Made by a program: the position numbers and the translations under genes. Shown piece by piece: positions 46,223-62,129 of a stretch of DNA of 64,000 bases. Source of the stretch: the human T2T-CHM13v2.0 reference genome, Homo sapiens. The stretch lies in NCBI RefSeq assembly GCF_009914755.1, contig NC_060929.1; one strand, given 5' to 3'. The notes beneath the pieces were generated by a model. It was given only the letters and a program-made list of their open reading frames with translations. It was not told the origin of the DNA and searched no databases. Position 1 is the first letter of the stretch. Each line of letters opens with the position of its first letter.

Positions 46223-47605
46223 TCAAATATGTTTTTCTATTCCAGGGCCAAGACAATACTCTTTGGTTAATACAAGCACTAGAGAGTAACAATGCAGGAC
46301 AATTAATCAACAAATATTTGAGAATCTCTATTATGTCAGATACAAACTTCTCTTTAATTAGTGGTTTTTCACAAAAGTCTTTGATAGGACTTGTGCGGTT
46401 TTCTGTGGAGAGATTAACAATGGGCCCAAATTAAGAAGGTGGAGACTTTCATTTGAATTAACCAATTATTGGAAAATGGGCTTGATCTTCAGAAGGCAAT
46501 AAGGTTTTTATGATTTTGCTAAAATTTTCATTGCAATTATTACAGATAGTGTTTTGCATTCAGGTGTAGCCCATATCTGGTTTTTAGAGGTTAGTAAAAG
46601 AACAGCTTCCTATTGTTAATCTCTCTTTAATCTCTCTAGTGATTAGCTTATTTTCTAAAGATCTGAGTTATAGACCACCAATACTGAATTAAGATAACTC
46701 CTGGTTATGCATGTAAGTCTAAATTTTAAAAAGATCTTATACATCTATATCCTTATTTAAGTCTTACGACTTTTTTGGGTAATGAATCTCATCGTTTGAC
46801 AACAGATGAAGATTACGCTTTTCATTTTAGTTTGCCAAGAGTTTTAGATCATGCTAACAAAAGCCAATATTGCTTAGCTGAGCTAACTCTAATGGCAGTT
46901 TATAAATCACTTCCTATCATTTTAACCACAGGAAGGAGAGGTTGTTAGCCTGCTATACTTGCTTTAAATGTCTAACTGTGGCTTCCATTACAAACAAAAA
47001 TTACGAAACACACTCATCCACTGTCATGAACTTTTGACTATTAAAAACAAGTACATAATAAAACCTTTTACTTTCAAGCTTAATTTTAAAACCAGGTGTG
47101 AGGGCAAAGAGGTTTGCTATGTTGAACACAGGTCTTCAATCACAGGGAAAATTTGTAGTGTGTGATGGATGAGGTTGATATATTTTTTAAAAGATTCTAC
47201 TTTTTTCTTTTCAGGAAATAAAATCAGAATTACCCGAGAATCTGTCCCATGGTCTCTTGACTATATCAGTCATTCGACAGCGGACAGAAGTCACAGCATC
47301 TTTAACAGACAGTCAAGAGACTTAAATGGGGGGCACTGAATTGCTGGGAAAGCTAATGGCTTGTCGAAAGCAGTAGGGTCCCTTTTGATTACAAGGCCTA
47401 ATCACCACCTTTGCCTTCTGAATGTTTTGCTTCTCATTGCATCTCGTCTCTGAGGATGACAGAGAAGGTGAAATGCAGGCAGCTGTGGTGAAAGATCTGG
47501 TGTGAGGGAGCGTTCTCCACCACCCACACATCCTTACCCAGTGTGGGCTGATTTCCGGCTGGCTGCTTTTCCTAACCTCCAGACTGACTCACTCTATGCT
47601 TGTAA

Positions 47606-48211
<606 letters not shown>

Positions 48212-49089
48212 TAGAGTCCTGAGTCCAATATCCTTTGGGAGAGAGGCCAACCTGAGTGTGAAATTGTCAGACACTTATCTTATTAGAGAAGATGGCGATA
48301 AGTCAGGGTGCTGAGGGTATGGAACCTTTGTCAAGCGAAATGACAAGATTTCCTCTGGGGCAGGAGGCTCTGACCTGGACTGCTGCTGCTGCAGGTGACT
48401 GGCTGAGAAGAGAGAAGGGGCAAAATGGAAACTGTCCTTTTGTCTACATCATGGCTTCCTCTGTGGCTTTCTTCCATCCAAGGCTGCCCTACTACCAGCA
48501 CTTACCAGCAGCTTTCACAACGTGGAGTGCTAATCTGTGCATCTCAAGGATGTGTAGGGGACTGTTGTGTCTCTGACTATGTCCATCTTTGAGCTTCTTG
48601 GCTGAGAGTTCCTCCATGGAGAAGCCTTTGGATCATGAAGACTTCCAGCTGCATTTGCTGCTCAACTCCTTGTAGCCTCTATTGTCCCAAAATATTTTTG
48701 TTACCTAAAATGAAGGAAAATTGATTTCTAATTCTGGATGATGTCATTTGTGACAACTCCATCAGGGTTTAGGTAGGATTACATTTCCTTATAAATAGCA
48801 TACATAGTTTAAATGAACCTAAATAATGGACCTAAATAACTTCCTTATATTTTTTTCTTTACTTCAAAACATCAGAAAGCAAGCGACATTTTACCTTGTT
48901 CTCTTCGAACTTTCCAAAGAAAACTCTACTAGTGTGGACTGCCAGGTACAGGTGGTGAATGAAATAAAGGAACTTTTGGAAACACAGAACCTTTACAATA
49001 GAACTAATGACTATGTTAAGTAAAAGATGTAAGCACACCTTAGATGTAGACAGCATCTGAGCTCTCCTTTCTGCAATGTCTTTCACTGA

Positions 49090-49436
<347 letters not shown>

Positions 49437-49568
49437 TGAATCTTAATTCAAGTTACTTAAACATTTTCCCAAATGGGTTTTATGAGATACCACAGGTTAT
49501 TTTGTAAAAAAAAAAAAAAAAAAAAAAATACTAGTCATGATTTTTTTTGCCCTTTAAATTGTGTTTTA

Positions 49569-50194
<626 letters not shown>

Positions 50195-50397
50195 GATGTA
50201 AGAAACCTACTTAACACATAGAATGTTCCATCCATCAATGACACTGAGACAGCCTTTTGGCATACTATCAAATGGACATGAGTACTGTCTCAGAAGACCA
50301 ATGATCTATGCTGTGTATTGCATTCCTCAACTTCAATATATATTAGTCATGTTATTTCATGCACTTAGGATACTAAACAATTATATTACACTGTGTT

Positions 50398-50401
50398 ATT
50401 A

Positions 50402-50444
<43 letters not shown>
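50398..50444. repeat. (TA)n microsatellite, ~23 units with one interruption
   Basis: Read directly. Confidence 0.97.
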
Positions 50445-50494
50445 GTTTTTAATCAACAGTTCCTGGCTTGCTACTCCCATAGTTTTTGTTATAA

Positions 50495-51402
50495 TGTTGG
50501 GGCACTTTAGGACTCAGTAGACCCCAGAAAACAGAATCTTTCTCTCTCTGACCTTCTCCTGTCCTCCTTTCACCTGCTTTATTTTTCTTCCCAAGGCAGA
50601 AATCTTCTCCCACCTTTTTGTCTTGGAGCTGGCCATAAAGAAATTCCCTGACCTACCTTATTTGATTGTAGGTCCTAAGACCCTCCTTCTAAAGAGGGTT
50701 CTACCCCATACCCTGGAGGATGAACTGCTGCACAGAGAGTCCAGGAAGAATGTGAACAGACAGGACTTGCGGGCTTTTCCTACTCTGCCTATTCATATTA
50801 GACCTTACCCTTTTTGTCCAATGCTATTTCTGCACAATGGTCAGCCATGCTTATCCAGTGAAGTCTCCATAGAAGGCCCAAGAGGACTGCTGAACACATG
50901 GATGCCGACCAAGAACTGATCTGTGTGCCAGGAGGGTGATGCCTCTCAGCTCCACGGGGACAGAAGCTCCTGTGCTTGGGACCGGTCCAGACCTCATCAT
51001 GTTTGTCTCCATCTGGCTGTTTATTTTATCCTTTAAGATACACTTTGTAATAAACTGGTAAACTTAAGTAAGTGTTTCCCTGAGTTGTGAGCCACTCTAA
51101 CAAATTAAACCCCAAAAAGGGGAACCCCAACTTGAAGTCCTAAGTTCCAGAGGCCTGGACTTTGGATTGGTGGGAAAGAGGGGGTGGCCTTGTGGGACTG
51201 AGCCCTTAATCTGTGGGTTCCAAGGCTATCTCCAGGCAGATAGCATCAGAATTGAATTGACTTGGAGGACACCCAGCTGGCGCCTGCTGCAGAATTGGTT
51301 GGTTGCTTGGTGTGTGAAGAGACCTCCCCCACATTTGGTCACAGAAGTCTGTGTTGTTGTTCAGTGAGAATAGAGAAAAAATACTTTGGGTGTGAGTTTT
51401 TC
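50495..51402 (+). mobile_element. MER21A-like LTR
   Basis: CTCCACGGGGACAGAAGCTCCTGTGCTTGGGACC; AATAAACTGGTAAA; GTGTTTCCCTGAGTT; CACATTTGGTCACAGAAGT; the 5' part resembles the MER39-like LTR. Confidence 0.8.
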
Positions 51403-51521
51403 ATACACATATGCAAACCTCCTTCCCAAGATCTATAGCTGACAGAGGAAGATTAAATGAAAAGTAAGGTATTGTGAAACTCACTATATCAGATATAAAT
51501 GAGCCACAATAGGTATTTGAA

Positions 51522-51829
51522 TTTTTGTTGTTGCTGTTTGTTTTTTGAGACAGAGTCTCACTCTGTTGCCCAGGCTGGAGTGCACTGGCACGATCTTGGC
51601 TCACTGCAACCCTCTGCCTCCTGGGTTCAAGTGATTGTCCTGCCTCAGCCTCCTGAATAGCTGGGATTACAGGCGTGTGCCACCACACCTGGCTAATTTT
51701 TGTATTTTTAGTAGAGATGGGGTTTCACCATGTTGTCCAGGCTGGTCTCGAACTCCTGACCTCAAGTGATCCACTTGCCTTGGCCTCCCAAAATGCTGGG
51801 ATTATAGGCGTGAGCTACCGGGCCCGGCC
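51522..51829 (-). mobile_element. AluS
   Basis: Full length; TSD approx. AATAGG. Confidence 0.95.
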
Positions 51830-52078
51830 AAAATAGGAATATTTTAAAGAGAATATTAATAGTCATGCTCTTTGATTTCTATAGAAATTACTCAACATAA
51901 ACAATACATTTAAAAGCAGCCTAATTCATGATTACCCAATTATTATAACACCAGAAGGTCACATCTCTCCCTTTGCTACCGTGTATGTGTAGGAAACAGG
52001 ATTTTTCATAATGTTCTTTAGTGTTGTTGAGATCCTTGGGTTTAGTATAACGAAATGAGTTTATAGTCAGACGGTAGC

Positions 52079-52392
52079 TGAGGCAGGAAAATAGGGTCTG
52101 GAGTCAGGGAACATAAGGCTGATTCACACTTCAGCTATGATAAGAAATATCCTCTCCATTTACATAAGGCATACACCAAGTCACCAATGAGAACCTCTAG
52201 AGAGTATTTGAACCCCTCACAATTCTGTAACCAGCTCCTGGGGCCCCTATGCTTGGCCTGCTCCCACACTCTGGAGTGTACTTTCAGTAAGTTTCTGCTT
52301 TTGTTGCTTCATTCTTTCCTTGTTTTGTTTGTGCATTTTGTCCAATTCTTTGTTCAAGATGCCAAGAACCTAGACACCCTCCACCGGTAACA
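52079..52392 (+). mobile_element. MER61A-like (ERV1) solo LTR
   Basis: TGAGGCAGGAAAATAGGGTCTGG...CACCCTCCACCGGTAACA; perfect 4-bp TSD TAGC. Confidence 0.88.
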
Positions 52393-52452
52393 TAGCTACT
52401 TACTCTCACTTTGAACAAGTTATCCAATCTTACTAAACTTTATTTATAGAGC

Positions 52453-52768
52453 TTTTTTCTTTCTTTTTTTTTTTTTTTTTTGTGAGATGGAGTCTTGCTC
52501 TGTTGCGCAGACTGAAGTGCAGCAGCACGATCTTGGCTCACTGCAACCTCTGCCTCTTGGGTTCAAGGGATTCTCTTGCCTCAGCCTCTGGAGTTGCTAG
52601 CTGGGATTACAGGCATGTGCCACCCCGCCGGGCTAATTTTTGTATTTTTAGTAGAGACAGGGTTTCGCCATGTTGGCCAGGCTGGTCCTGAACTCCAGAC
52701 CTCAGGTGATCTGCCCACCTCAGCCTCCCAAAGTGCTAGGATTACAGGCGTGAGCCACCATGCCTGGT
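52453..52768 (-). mobile_element. AluS inside a MIR relic
   Basis: Full length. Confidence 0.93.
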
Positions 52769-53022
52769 GCATGTTTTTATTTATAAAGTTAAAAAAAATC
52801 AGCAAGAGATACCCCAAAGGATTATTTTGAAGGTGAGATGTAAACCGTTTAGTGCAGTGTCTGGTATGTAATAAATAGTCAATGCGGATTAGCTATTTTT
52901 ATTAGTTATTATTTATGCTGCTTCATATATGAAGATTGGTTCATGTTTCCTTCTAGAAGCATATTAAAAGATACAAAATTTTAAATTCCCACTTTATTTT
53001 TTGCTCTATTAAAAAGTTTACA

Positions 53023-53719
<697 letters not shown>

Positions 53720-53740
53720 TAGCTTTTAAGTGTTTTTCTT

Positions 53741-54036
53741 GGTTTGGGTGCAGTGGCTCTAATCCCAGTGCTTTGGGAGGTCAAGGTGGGAGGATTGCTT
53801 GAGGCCTGGAGTTTGAGACTAGCCTGGGCAACAAAAGTGAGACCTCCATCTCTGGAAAAAAAAAAAAAAAATTAGCTGAGCATGGTGGTTTGTGCCTGTA
53901 GTCTTAACTAACTACTTGGGAGGCTGAGGCAGAAGGATCACTTGAGCCCAGGCATTCCAGGCTGCAGTGTGCTATGACCACTCCACTGTACTCTAGCCTG
54001 GTTGAGAGGCTGAGACCCTATTTCTGAAAGAAAATT
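53741..54036 (+). mobile_element. AluJ
   Basis: GGAGGATTGCTTGAGGCC, CAGGCTGCAGTGTGCTATGA. Confidence 0.9.
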
Positions 54037-54093
54037 TTTAAAAAGCCAAGAGTATTTCTTGGTCAAATGAGCTTGGGAAGTAATGAGATAAGC

Positions 54094-54393
54094 TTTTTTC
54101 TTTTTTTTTCTTTTGAGGCGGAGTCTTACTCTGTTGCCCAGGCTGGAGTGTAGTGAAGCGATCTCGGCTCACTGCAACCTCTACCTCCAGGGTTCAAGCA
54201 ATTCTCTGCCTCAGCCTCCTGAGTAACTGGGATTACAGGCACCCACCACCACGCCCAGCTAATTTTTGTATGTTTAGTAGAGATGGGGTTTCACCATCTT
54301 GGCCAGGCTGGTCTTGAACTCCTGACCTCATGATCCACCCACCTCGGCCTCCCAAAGTGCTAGGATTACAGGCATGAGCCACTGCACCCAGCC
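54094..54393 (-). mobile_element. AluS (Sg-like)
   Basis: Full length; TSD TGAGATA(A/C)GCTTTT. Confidence 0.95.
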
Positions 54394-54664
54394 CTGAGAT
54401 ACGCTTTTATTTATCTATATCAAGAGAAAGAAATACTAAACACAGTAAGAAGAAGACTGAAATGACTTTTCTATGCCCTCATATACCATATTTGATTTAA
54501 ACAATCTCCTATAGATGAACATGCAAGTTGTTTGTCATTTTTTGTCACCATGAATAGTGCAGAACATGCATAGTTGATAGAAAATGAAATAAAAAATCGT
54601 ATCAGTTGAAAACTCTTTTCGAATGATTGTAAAATGGGCCCCAAAGCTTAAAGACATATGACTC

Positions 54665-55310
54665 ATTTGTTGCTAGTGGGAATATGAAATAGTGCAACCA
54701 CTGTGGAAAACAGTTTGGTGACTCCTCAAAATGTTAAACATAGAATATCGTTTGAATCAGCAGTTCCATTCCTAGGCGTATACCCAAGACAATCAAAAGC
54801 AGTTGTTCAAACAAAAACTTGTACAGGAACGTTTAGAGCAGCCCCATTTATAATAGCCAAAAGGTGGAAAACCCTCAAATTATCCATCAAGAAATTAATG
54901 GATAACAAATTGTCATATATTCATACAATGAAATGTTATTCATACAATGAAATATTATTCATCCATAAAAAGGAATGAAGTACTGACGCTTGTTACAATG
55001 TAAACGTGCTCAGTTAAAGAAGCCAGGCACAAAAGGTCACACGTTGTTGGCTTCCTTTTATAAGAAATATCCCAAACAGGTAAATCCATGGAGGCAGAAA
55101 ACAGATTAGTGGTTGTGTGGACTGAAGGGAAGCAGAGGAGAGTAGCTCCTTGATGAACACAGGTTTCCTTTTGCAGTGATACAAATGTTTGGGAACTTGA
55201 TAGTGGTCATGGTTGTACCCCATTGTAAATGTACAAAATAATACTGAGTTGTACACTTTAGAATGGTTAAAATGGTATATTTTTATGTGTATTTACCACC
55301 ATAAAAAAAC
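54665..55310 (+). mobile_element. L1MB 3' end
   Basis: CCACTGTGGAAAACAGTTTGG...CATAAAAAGGAATGAAGTACTGA...TGTACACTTTAGAATGG...CCATAAAAAAA. Confidence 0.88.
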
Positions 55311-55967
55311 CAGAAAGTGGCTTCATGGTACCCCCAAAATACCAATATGTGAAAAACCTGAATTCAGCTGGAGTTGTATTTTCAAGTAATTTGTTCTCGT
55401 GATCCAGTGGCCGTCTCACTCAGATTGCTTTTGTCTGAATTATTTCCTGCTAAACTCTGAGGGTCCCTTCTTCAGGGAATGGTGTTAGGCATTTTTGCCC
55501 CAATCTCCTGAACTGGAGTTAACTGAAAGGGATTTTGATCAAAATAAGAAATCTATAGTTTAGATGAGGTGTTGTCATAGAAATGCATTTCCCAATAGAC
55601 ACCTCTTGTTTATACTCCTCTTTTTATTCCTTCTTTTAATCTTTTCTTTTCCCTCTCCCTCTTTGCATTTTCCCCTCAGTTGTTGCTTATATTTAAGGCT
55701 GTCCAGGAATATGCAAGAACATTGCTTTGGTGGCACCAAGAATTTGGAGTGGATGGTATTCTTGCCTCTTAGATTGAGACAATCCAGTCCTTAAAAACAC
55801 TCAGTAGACAAATTGGGCTCTGATAAAGAATTTTCTGTGTTCGGATTCATGTCAATATGTGTATTATGAACACAACTTTCTTTTTAAAACAATAGCAGGG
55901 AAATGTCTCTATTTCTGGTCAATTCTTTTCACAATTTACTGTCAGGTAGCATTAAAAGAAACATGTT

Positions 55968-56217
55968 AGCAGGGCATGGTGGCTCACGCCCGTAATCCCA
56001 CAGTTTGGGAGGCTGAGGCAAGTGGATCGCTTGAGGCCAGAAATTCAAAACCAGCCTGGGCCACATGACGAAACCCCGTCTCTACAAAAAATACAGCTGC
56101 ATGTGGTGGCACGTACCTGTAGTCCCAGCTACTCAGAATCCCGAGAGGTTGAGGCTACAGTGAGCTATGATGATGCCACTGCACTCCAGCCTGGCTGACA
56201 CAATGAGACCCTGTCTC

Positions 56218-56248
<31 letters not shown>

Positions 56249-56257
56249 AAAGAAAAG
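55968..56257 (+). mobile_element. AluJ with internal deletions
   Basis: Dimeric Alu with a long A tail. Confidence 0.9.
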
Positions 56258-56419
56258 ATAACATGATGTTTATTGCTTTTTAAAGTTTTCCCTGAAAGTG
56301 ATTTTTAAAAGGCCAATGTGACTGATAATGTGACTGATATTTCACGTGAGAGAATATGAGAACTGGGACTATTGGATTAGAATTTTAAAAATATACTATG
56401 ATTTACCAAGTAAAGGATT

Positions 56420-58514
56420 TTTTTATTGAAGTGAAACTCACAAGACACACAACTAGCCATTTCAGAGCACACAATTCAGTAGCATTTTGTGCATTCACAA
56501 CATGGGGCAACCACCACCTCTCTGTTATTGGGAGACTTTTTCATCACTCCAGAACAGCCTGCACCCATTAACTAATCACTCTCTCCTTCCCTCCTCCCGC
56601 ATCCCCTGGGAACCATTAATCTGCTTTCTGCCTCTATGGGTTTACCTGCTTTTGATATTTCATATGAAAGGAATCATACAATGTGTGACTTTTTGTGTCT
56701 GACTTCTTCTCTCACTTAGCATATTTTCAAGGTTCATCTATGTTGTAGCTAGTGTCAGTCATATTATTCCTTTTTATGGCTGAATAATATTTCATTGTAT
56801 GAATATGCCACAATTTGTCATCCATTAATTTCCTGAAGGATGATTTGAGAGGTTTTCACCTTTCGGCTATTGTAAATAGTGTTGCTATAAACATTACTGT
56901 GCAAGTTTTTGTTTGAACATCTGTTTTTGATTGTCTTGGGTAATACCTAGGAATGGAATTGCTGGGTCAAACAATGTTCTATGTGTAACATTTTGAGGAA
57001 CTACCAAACTGTTTTCCACAGTGGCTGCAAAATTTTAAATTTCCACCAGCAATGTACGAGGGTTCCTATTTCTTCACATTGTACTGATTCTTTTTTTTTT
57101 TTTTTGATTATAGCCATCCTAGTAGGTGCAAAGTAGTATATTAAAAGTCTTTTTGTGTGATCGTTGGCTATACATGTACTTTCTTTAGAGGCGTGTCTAT
57201 CCAAATTCTTTGTCCATTTTTAAATTGGATTTTTTGTCTTTTTGTTCTTGAGTAATAACAGTGGTTTATATATATGATTCAAAAATATTTTCTCATTCTG
57301 TAAGTTGACTATTTACTTTCTTGATATCTTTTGATGTACAAAATGTTCTAAAGTTTATGAAGTCCAGTGTATTTATTTTTTTTCTTTTGTTGCTCATGCT
57401 TTTGGTGTTAAATATAAGAATCCATTGCCAAATCTGACTTCATGAAGATTTACTCCTGTGTTTTACTCCTTAAGCTTTTTTTTTGTTTTGTTTTGTTTAG
57501 GTCATTGATTTTCTTTCAGTTAATTTTTGATTATGGAGTGAGGTGGGAGATCAACTTTAATTTTTTACATGTTTTCACACAGTTTTCCCAGAACCATTTG
57601 TTGAAGAGGCTGTTTTTTCCTCATTTAATGATCTTGGCACCCTTGACAAAAAGCAATTGGCCATAGATGTTTGGTTTATTTCTGGACCGTTAATTCCATT
57701 CCATTGTTCTGTATCTATGTTGATGACAGCACGACACTGTTTGGATTACTGTAGCTTTGTCGTAAGTTTGAAATCAATCAGTGTGAGTCTTCCAACTTTA
57801 TTTTTTCTTCTTTCAACATTATTTTGGCTATTTGTAATTCCATATGGATTTGAGGATTGACTTTTCCATTTTTGCAAAAAAATGCAAAATTGGAATTCGG
57901 TAGGGATTACATTTAATCTATGGATTGCTTTGGGGACTATTGACATCTTCATCACAATATTAAGTCTTCCTATTCATTATCACTGATGTCTTTTCATTTA
58001 TTTAGGTCTTTTAAAATTTCCTCCAGTAATATTTTGTAGTTTTCAGTGTACAAGTCTTTTACCTCCCTGGTTAATTTTATTGCAAGGTTTTTATTCTTTT
58101 GGATGCAATTGTAAATGGAATTGTTTTCTTTCGTTTTTTTTTTTTCTAATATTAGCAGGGGTTGACAGGAAGGAAACGTTTTCTTAATTTCCTCTTTGAA
58201 TTGTTGTTGCTGATGTATAAAATCCCAGCTTATTTTTGCATGTGATCTTGTACCCTGTAACTTTGCTGAATTTGTTCATTAGTTCTTGTCATTTTTTGGT
58301 GGATTCTTTGGGATTTTCTTGTAATATATAAAATCATGTCATCTGGAAATATATATTGTTCTAATTATTCCTTTTCAATCTGGATGCCTTTTATTTATTT
58401 ATTCTTGCCAAATTGCCCTGGCTAGGACTTCTGGTACAATATTGAATAGCAATGGTGAAGATGGGAATGAGACAAGGATGCTTGCTTTCACCACGGCTAT
58501 CAATATCCCACTAA
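56420..58514 (-). mobile_element. L1MB-like element, ~2.1 kb, 5'-truncated with a short 5' inversion
   Basis: Antisense L1 3' UTR and ORF2 (ORF 57746-57955 KMSIVPKAIHRLNVIP); TSD AAGTAA(A/T)GGATTTT at 56408 and 58515. Confidence 0.9.
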
Positions 58515-59409
58515 AAGTAATGGATTTTGCAGGACATCTTCCATGTATTACAGTTCACGAAATAAAGCCAGTTGTTCAGTAATGCCCCACCTTTTCTGAG
58601 ATTAGATTTTTTTTTGGCAAATTTATGGTACAGAATATACATATTTGGAACATAGAAATATTGGAATAGTCCTCTTAGGAGGAAGACAATGACTATCTCA
58701 AAGCTATATGTCTCACTCTAAAAGAAGACTAGCTCTACTTTCTGAAAAAAGCCTGTTGACTCAGAGTTGTTCCTTAAATTAGGGCTATTGATTTACTCAG
58801 GGCGTTTTCCTTAGACACTTCCGGTTCTGTCTTATAATGTATAATGCATTCAAAGGGAGGATTGAGAATACAGAACTGCCAGCAGCTGACAGTGGGAGAA
58901 ATGACCATTGGCAACAAGGGACAATGTGGAAGAAAAGTCGAGTGAGAAGGAGTTCAGGGAAAGGGCAAGCTAAATGCTAATGACTGCAGTGGTCTTTGTG
59001 GTGTCACCATGTCGCTCCACAATGCAATGAATCACTTTTTTTTTTTTTTCTGAGTTCATTTTCTAGCCCCGTTTCTGGACACTCTTGAGTATCCTCTCTG
59101 CAGTCCCCTGGCCAGTGCAGAGGAGGGCAATGGGGACTGGGACACGGGGTGCTGCTGGGGGCCAGGAGAGCACAGTCAATAACTTTTATATGACCTTGAG
59201 TTAGATGAAAGACTAAATTATATTTAGTATAAATCATTTAATACATTTAACAAAAAGTCCCATAAACATAAAATTTAAAAGTTCTCGGAAGGGAAGTGTT
59301 CAATTTCATGGATTTTATATTTATAGCATATATTCCATTTCTTACCAGTGCCAGGGAAATTAATTATTATATGAAATGATGAAACAATCTTTTAAAATAG
59401 AGTTCTTCT

Positions 59410-59762
<353 letters not shown>

Positions 59763-59897
59763 TCAGTAACTTGTCTCTGTAAAGATGGATTGATGATTTT
59801 CTTCTACGACAGCCTTCATGGGGGGTGATCTGAGTAAGTTTCACCAGTAGAAATTTAGACCAGTGAATAAAAGTTCATTTCCTAAGCAACTCAACGT

Positions 59898-60026
59898 TGG
59901 GGATCACATAATTTGTTGTCCAAACCAGGAAACTTTTGAGAAAGGAGTAGTGCACTACTTATTATGCCAGGGTGACAGGCATAAACCAGTACTGTCTTGG
60001 GCAAACTGAGATGGATGGTCATTCTA
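59898..60026. mobile_element. MER94-like (hAT-Blackjack) MITE
   Basis: ATAATTTGTTGTCCAAACCAGGAAACTTTTGAGA...CAGGCATAAACCAG...GGGCAAACTGAGATGGATGGTCATTCTA. Confidence 0.7.
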
Positions 60027-60051
60027 ACTAAAACCATTAGGATCATTTGAG

Positions 60052-60345
60052 TTTTTTTTTTTTTTGAGATGGAGTTTCGCTTTCTTGGCCAGGCTGGAGT
60101 GCAGTGGTGTGATCTTGGCTCACTGCAAACTCCGCCTCCTGGGTTCTAGCGATTCTCGTGCCTCAGCCTCCTGAGTAGCTGGGATTACAGGCACCCGCCA
60201 CCACTCCCGACTAATTTTTGTATTTTTAGTAAAGATGGATTTTCACATGTTGGCCAGGCTGGTTTCGAACTCCTGACCTCAACTGATCTGCCTGCCTCGG
60301 CCTCCCAAACTGCTGGGATTACAGGCATGAGCCACTGTGCCTGGT
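60052..60345 (-). mobile_element. AluS
   Basis: Full length. Confidence 0.95.
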
Positions 60346-61289
60346 TAAGTTTTTATTCTCATTGTTACCACTGCTTCATTATGGAAAAAAAATTAGTAGC
60401 AAGAGAAACTTTTATTCTTTAAAGTGATAAACCAGATTTTCAGTGGAAAGGAAAATGAGGTAACAATCCACTATTGTAATAGTTGCCCTTTCCAGTTCTT
60501 CTATAGTTTTTTAGAGTGGCCTATTTGGGTGATGTGAGACTGGACTGAAGTCAATCCAAATCAATTTGATACTGAGTGTGGCCAAGACAGAGCTGCCTAG
60601 TGGGTTTAGGTTCACACAAAGACCAGGGTGAAGAGGAGCTGGTTTCAGTCCAGAGCTTTTGGGCCATTCTTGTGCACCGTCTCCACTCCAGACTTCCTAC
60701 CAATGAGGCAGCCTGGGACCCTCTCACTTTTACCAGGGCCCACCAAGCGTGGGAAAGTCCTAAGATTCGGCTGTAACTGGGCTTGTTTCCAGGAATTAGG
60801 AACTGAGCGGGATAATTCTTTTCATTAGGAATACATTTACTTCCTCACACTTTGTCGATAAGTAAATTTCACAGCAAAGCAATAACCAAAATAATAAAAG
60901 CTATTCCATGAACATACTTAATCATGTGAATGTGATTTATGATTCCAAAGGCTAAAGGTAATGATGGTTAAAAATCAGAAACAATTTAGTTTAGGCAAGT
61001 GTTCTAAAGCTTACTTGTCTGGCATCAGCGGGACCTTACATTTAATAATTAGTCTTCAATATAGGATTATGAGTTTGTGGATCCCTATAATGAAGACATA
61101 GTGGACAACGATGGCTATTGGAGCAACGATAAAAGTAATGAAAACCACCTAGGAGCATCTATTGTCTACCAGGCAAAAGTAGTTGGTTTAAAGTAACGTG
61201 GTTAGTTAGTAGCAGTTTGGAGCGGAGCTGGAATTAACAGTTCATGCCCTTCCCACTCTGTTTCAGTGACCCTCGATTCACAGATATTG

Positions 61290-61512
61290 TAGATAATGGA
61301 AAATACATTGAGATGCAAAGCAGGGACCTAGGTCCTAGCCATGGATGTGTCTTCCATAATGGCAAGTCCTACGATCTTTTTGAATCAGTTTCTTCATTTG
61401 TTAAAGGAAGGTTATATAGGTCCTAACTGAATCTCAGAATGGTAGTAAAAATCAAATGTGATATATATGACAGTATTTTGAAAATACTTTTCATGGCATA
61501 AAGCACTGTGAA
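61290..61512 (+). mobile_element. MIR, degraded
   Basis: GGGCAAGTC...TCAGTTTCTTCATTTGTTAAA. Confidence 0.55.
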
Positions 61513-61672
61513 AAGTTATTCGGAAGATTCTGTCTCAATCACACTTGTATTATGACCTGTAGGAAAAAGAAATCATTCAGCCTTTAAAAATTCTCTTCTC
61601 TATTTTTAGATGTGCAAAAGACGGGGAAAAAAGAGATCTTTCCCCCTCACTCATCCCAGTCAGTCTTCATAA

Positions 61673-62002
<330 letters not shown>

Positions 62003-62129
62003 ATGGCTGACTACTTTATCCATTGTTTGCAGGTACTAATTGCTAGGTGGATCAGTGGGATTCTGAATGCATCCTACTGTCCTTAGTGATTATTAAAGAT
62101 CCCTGAGACTTTAAATATTAAGTGAGGCA

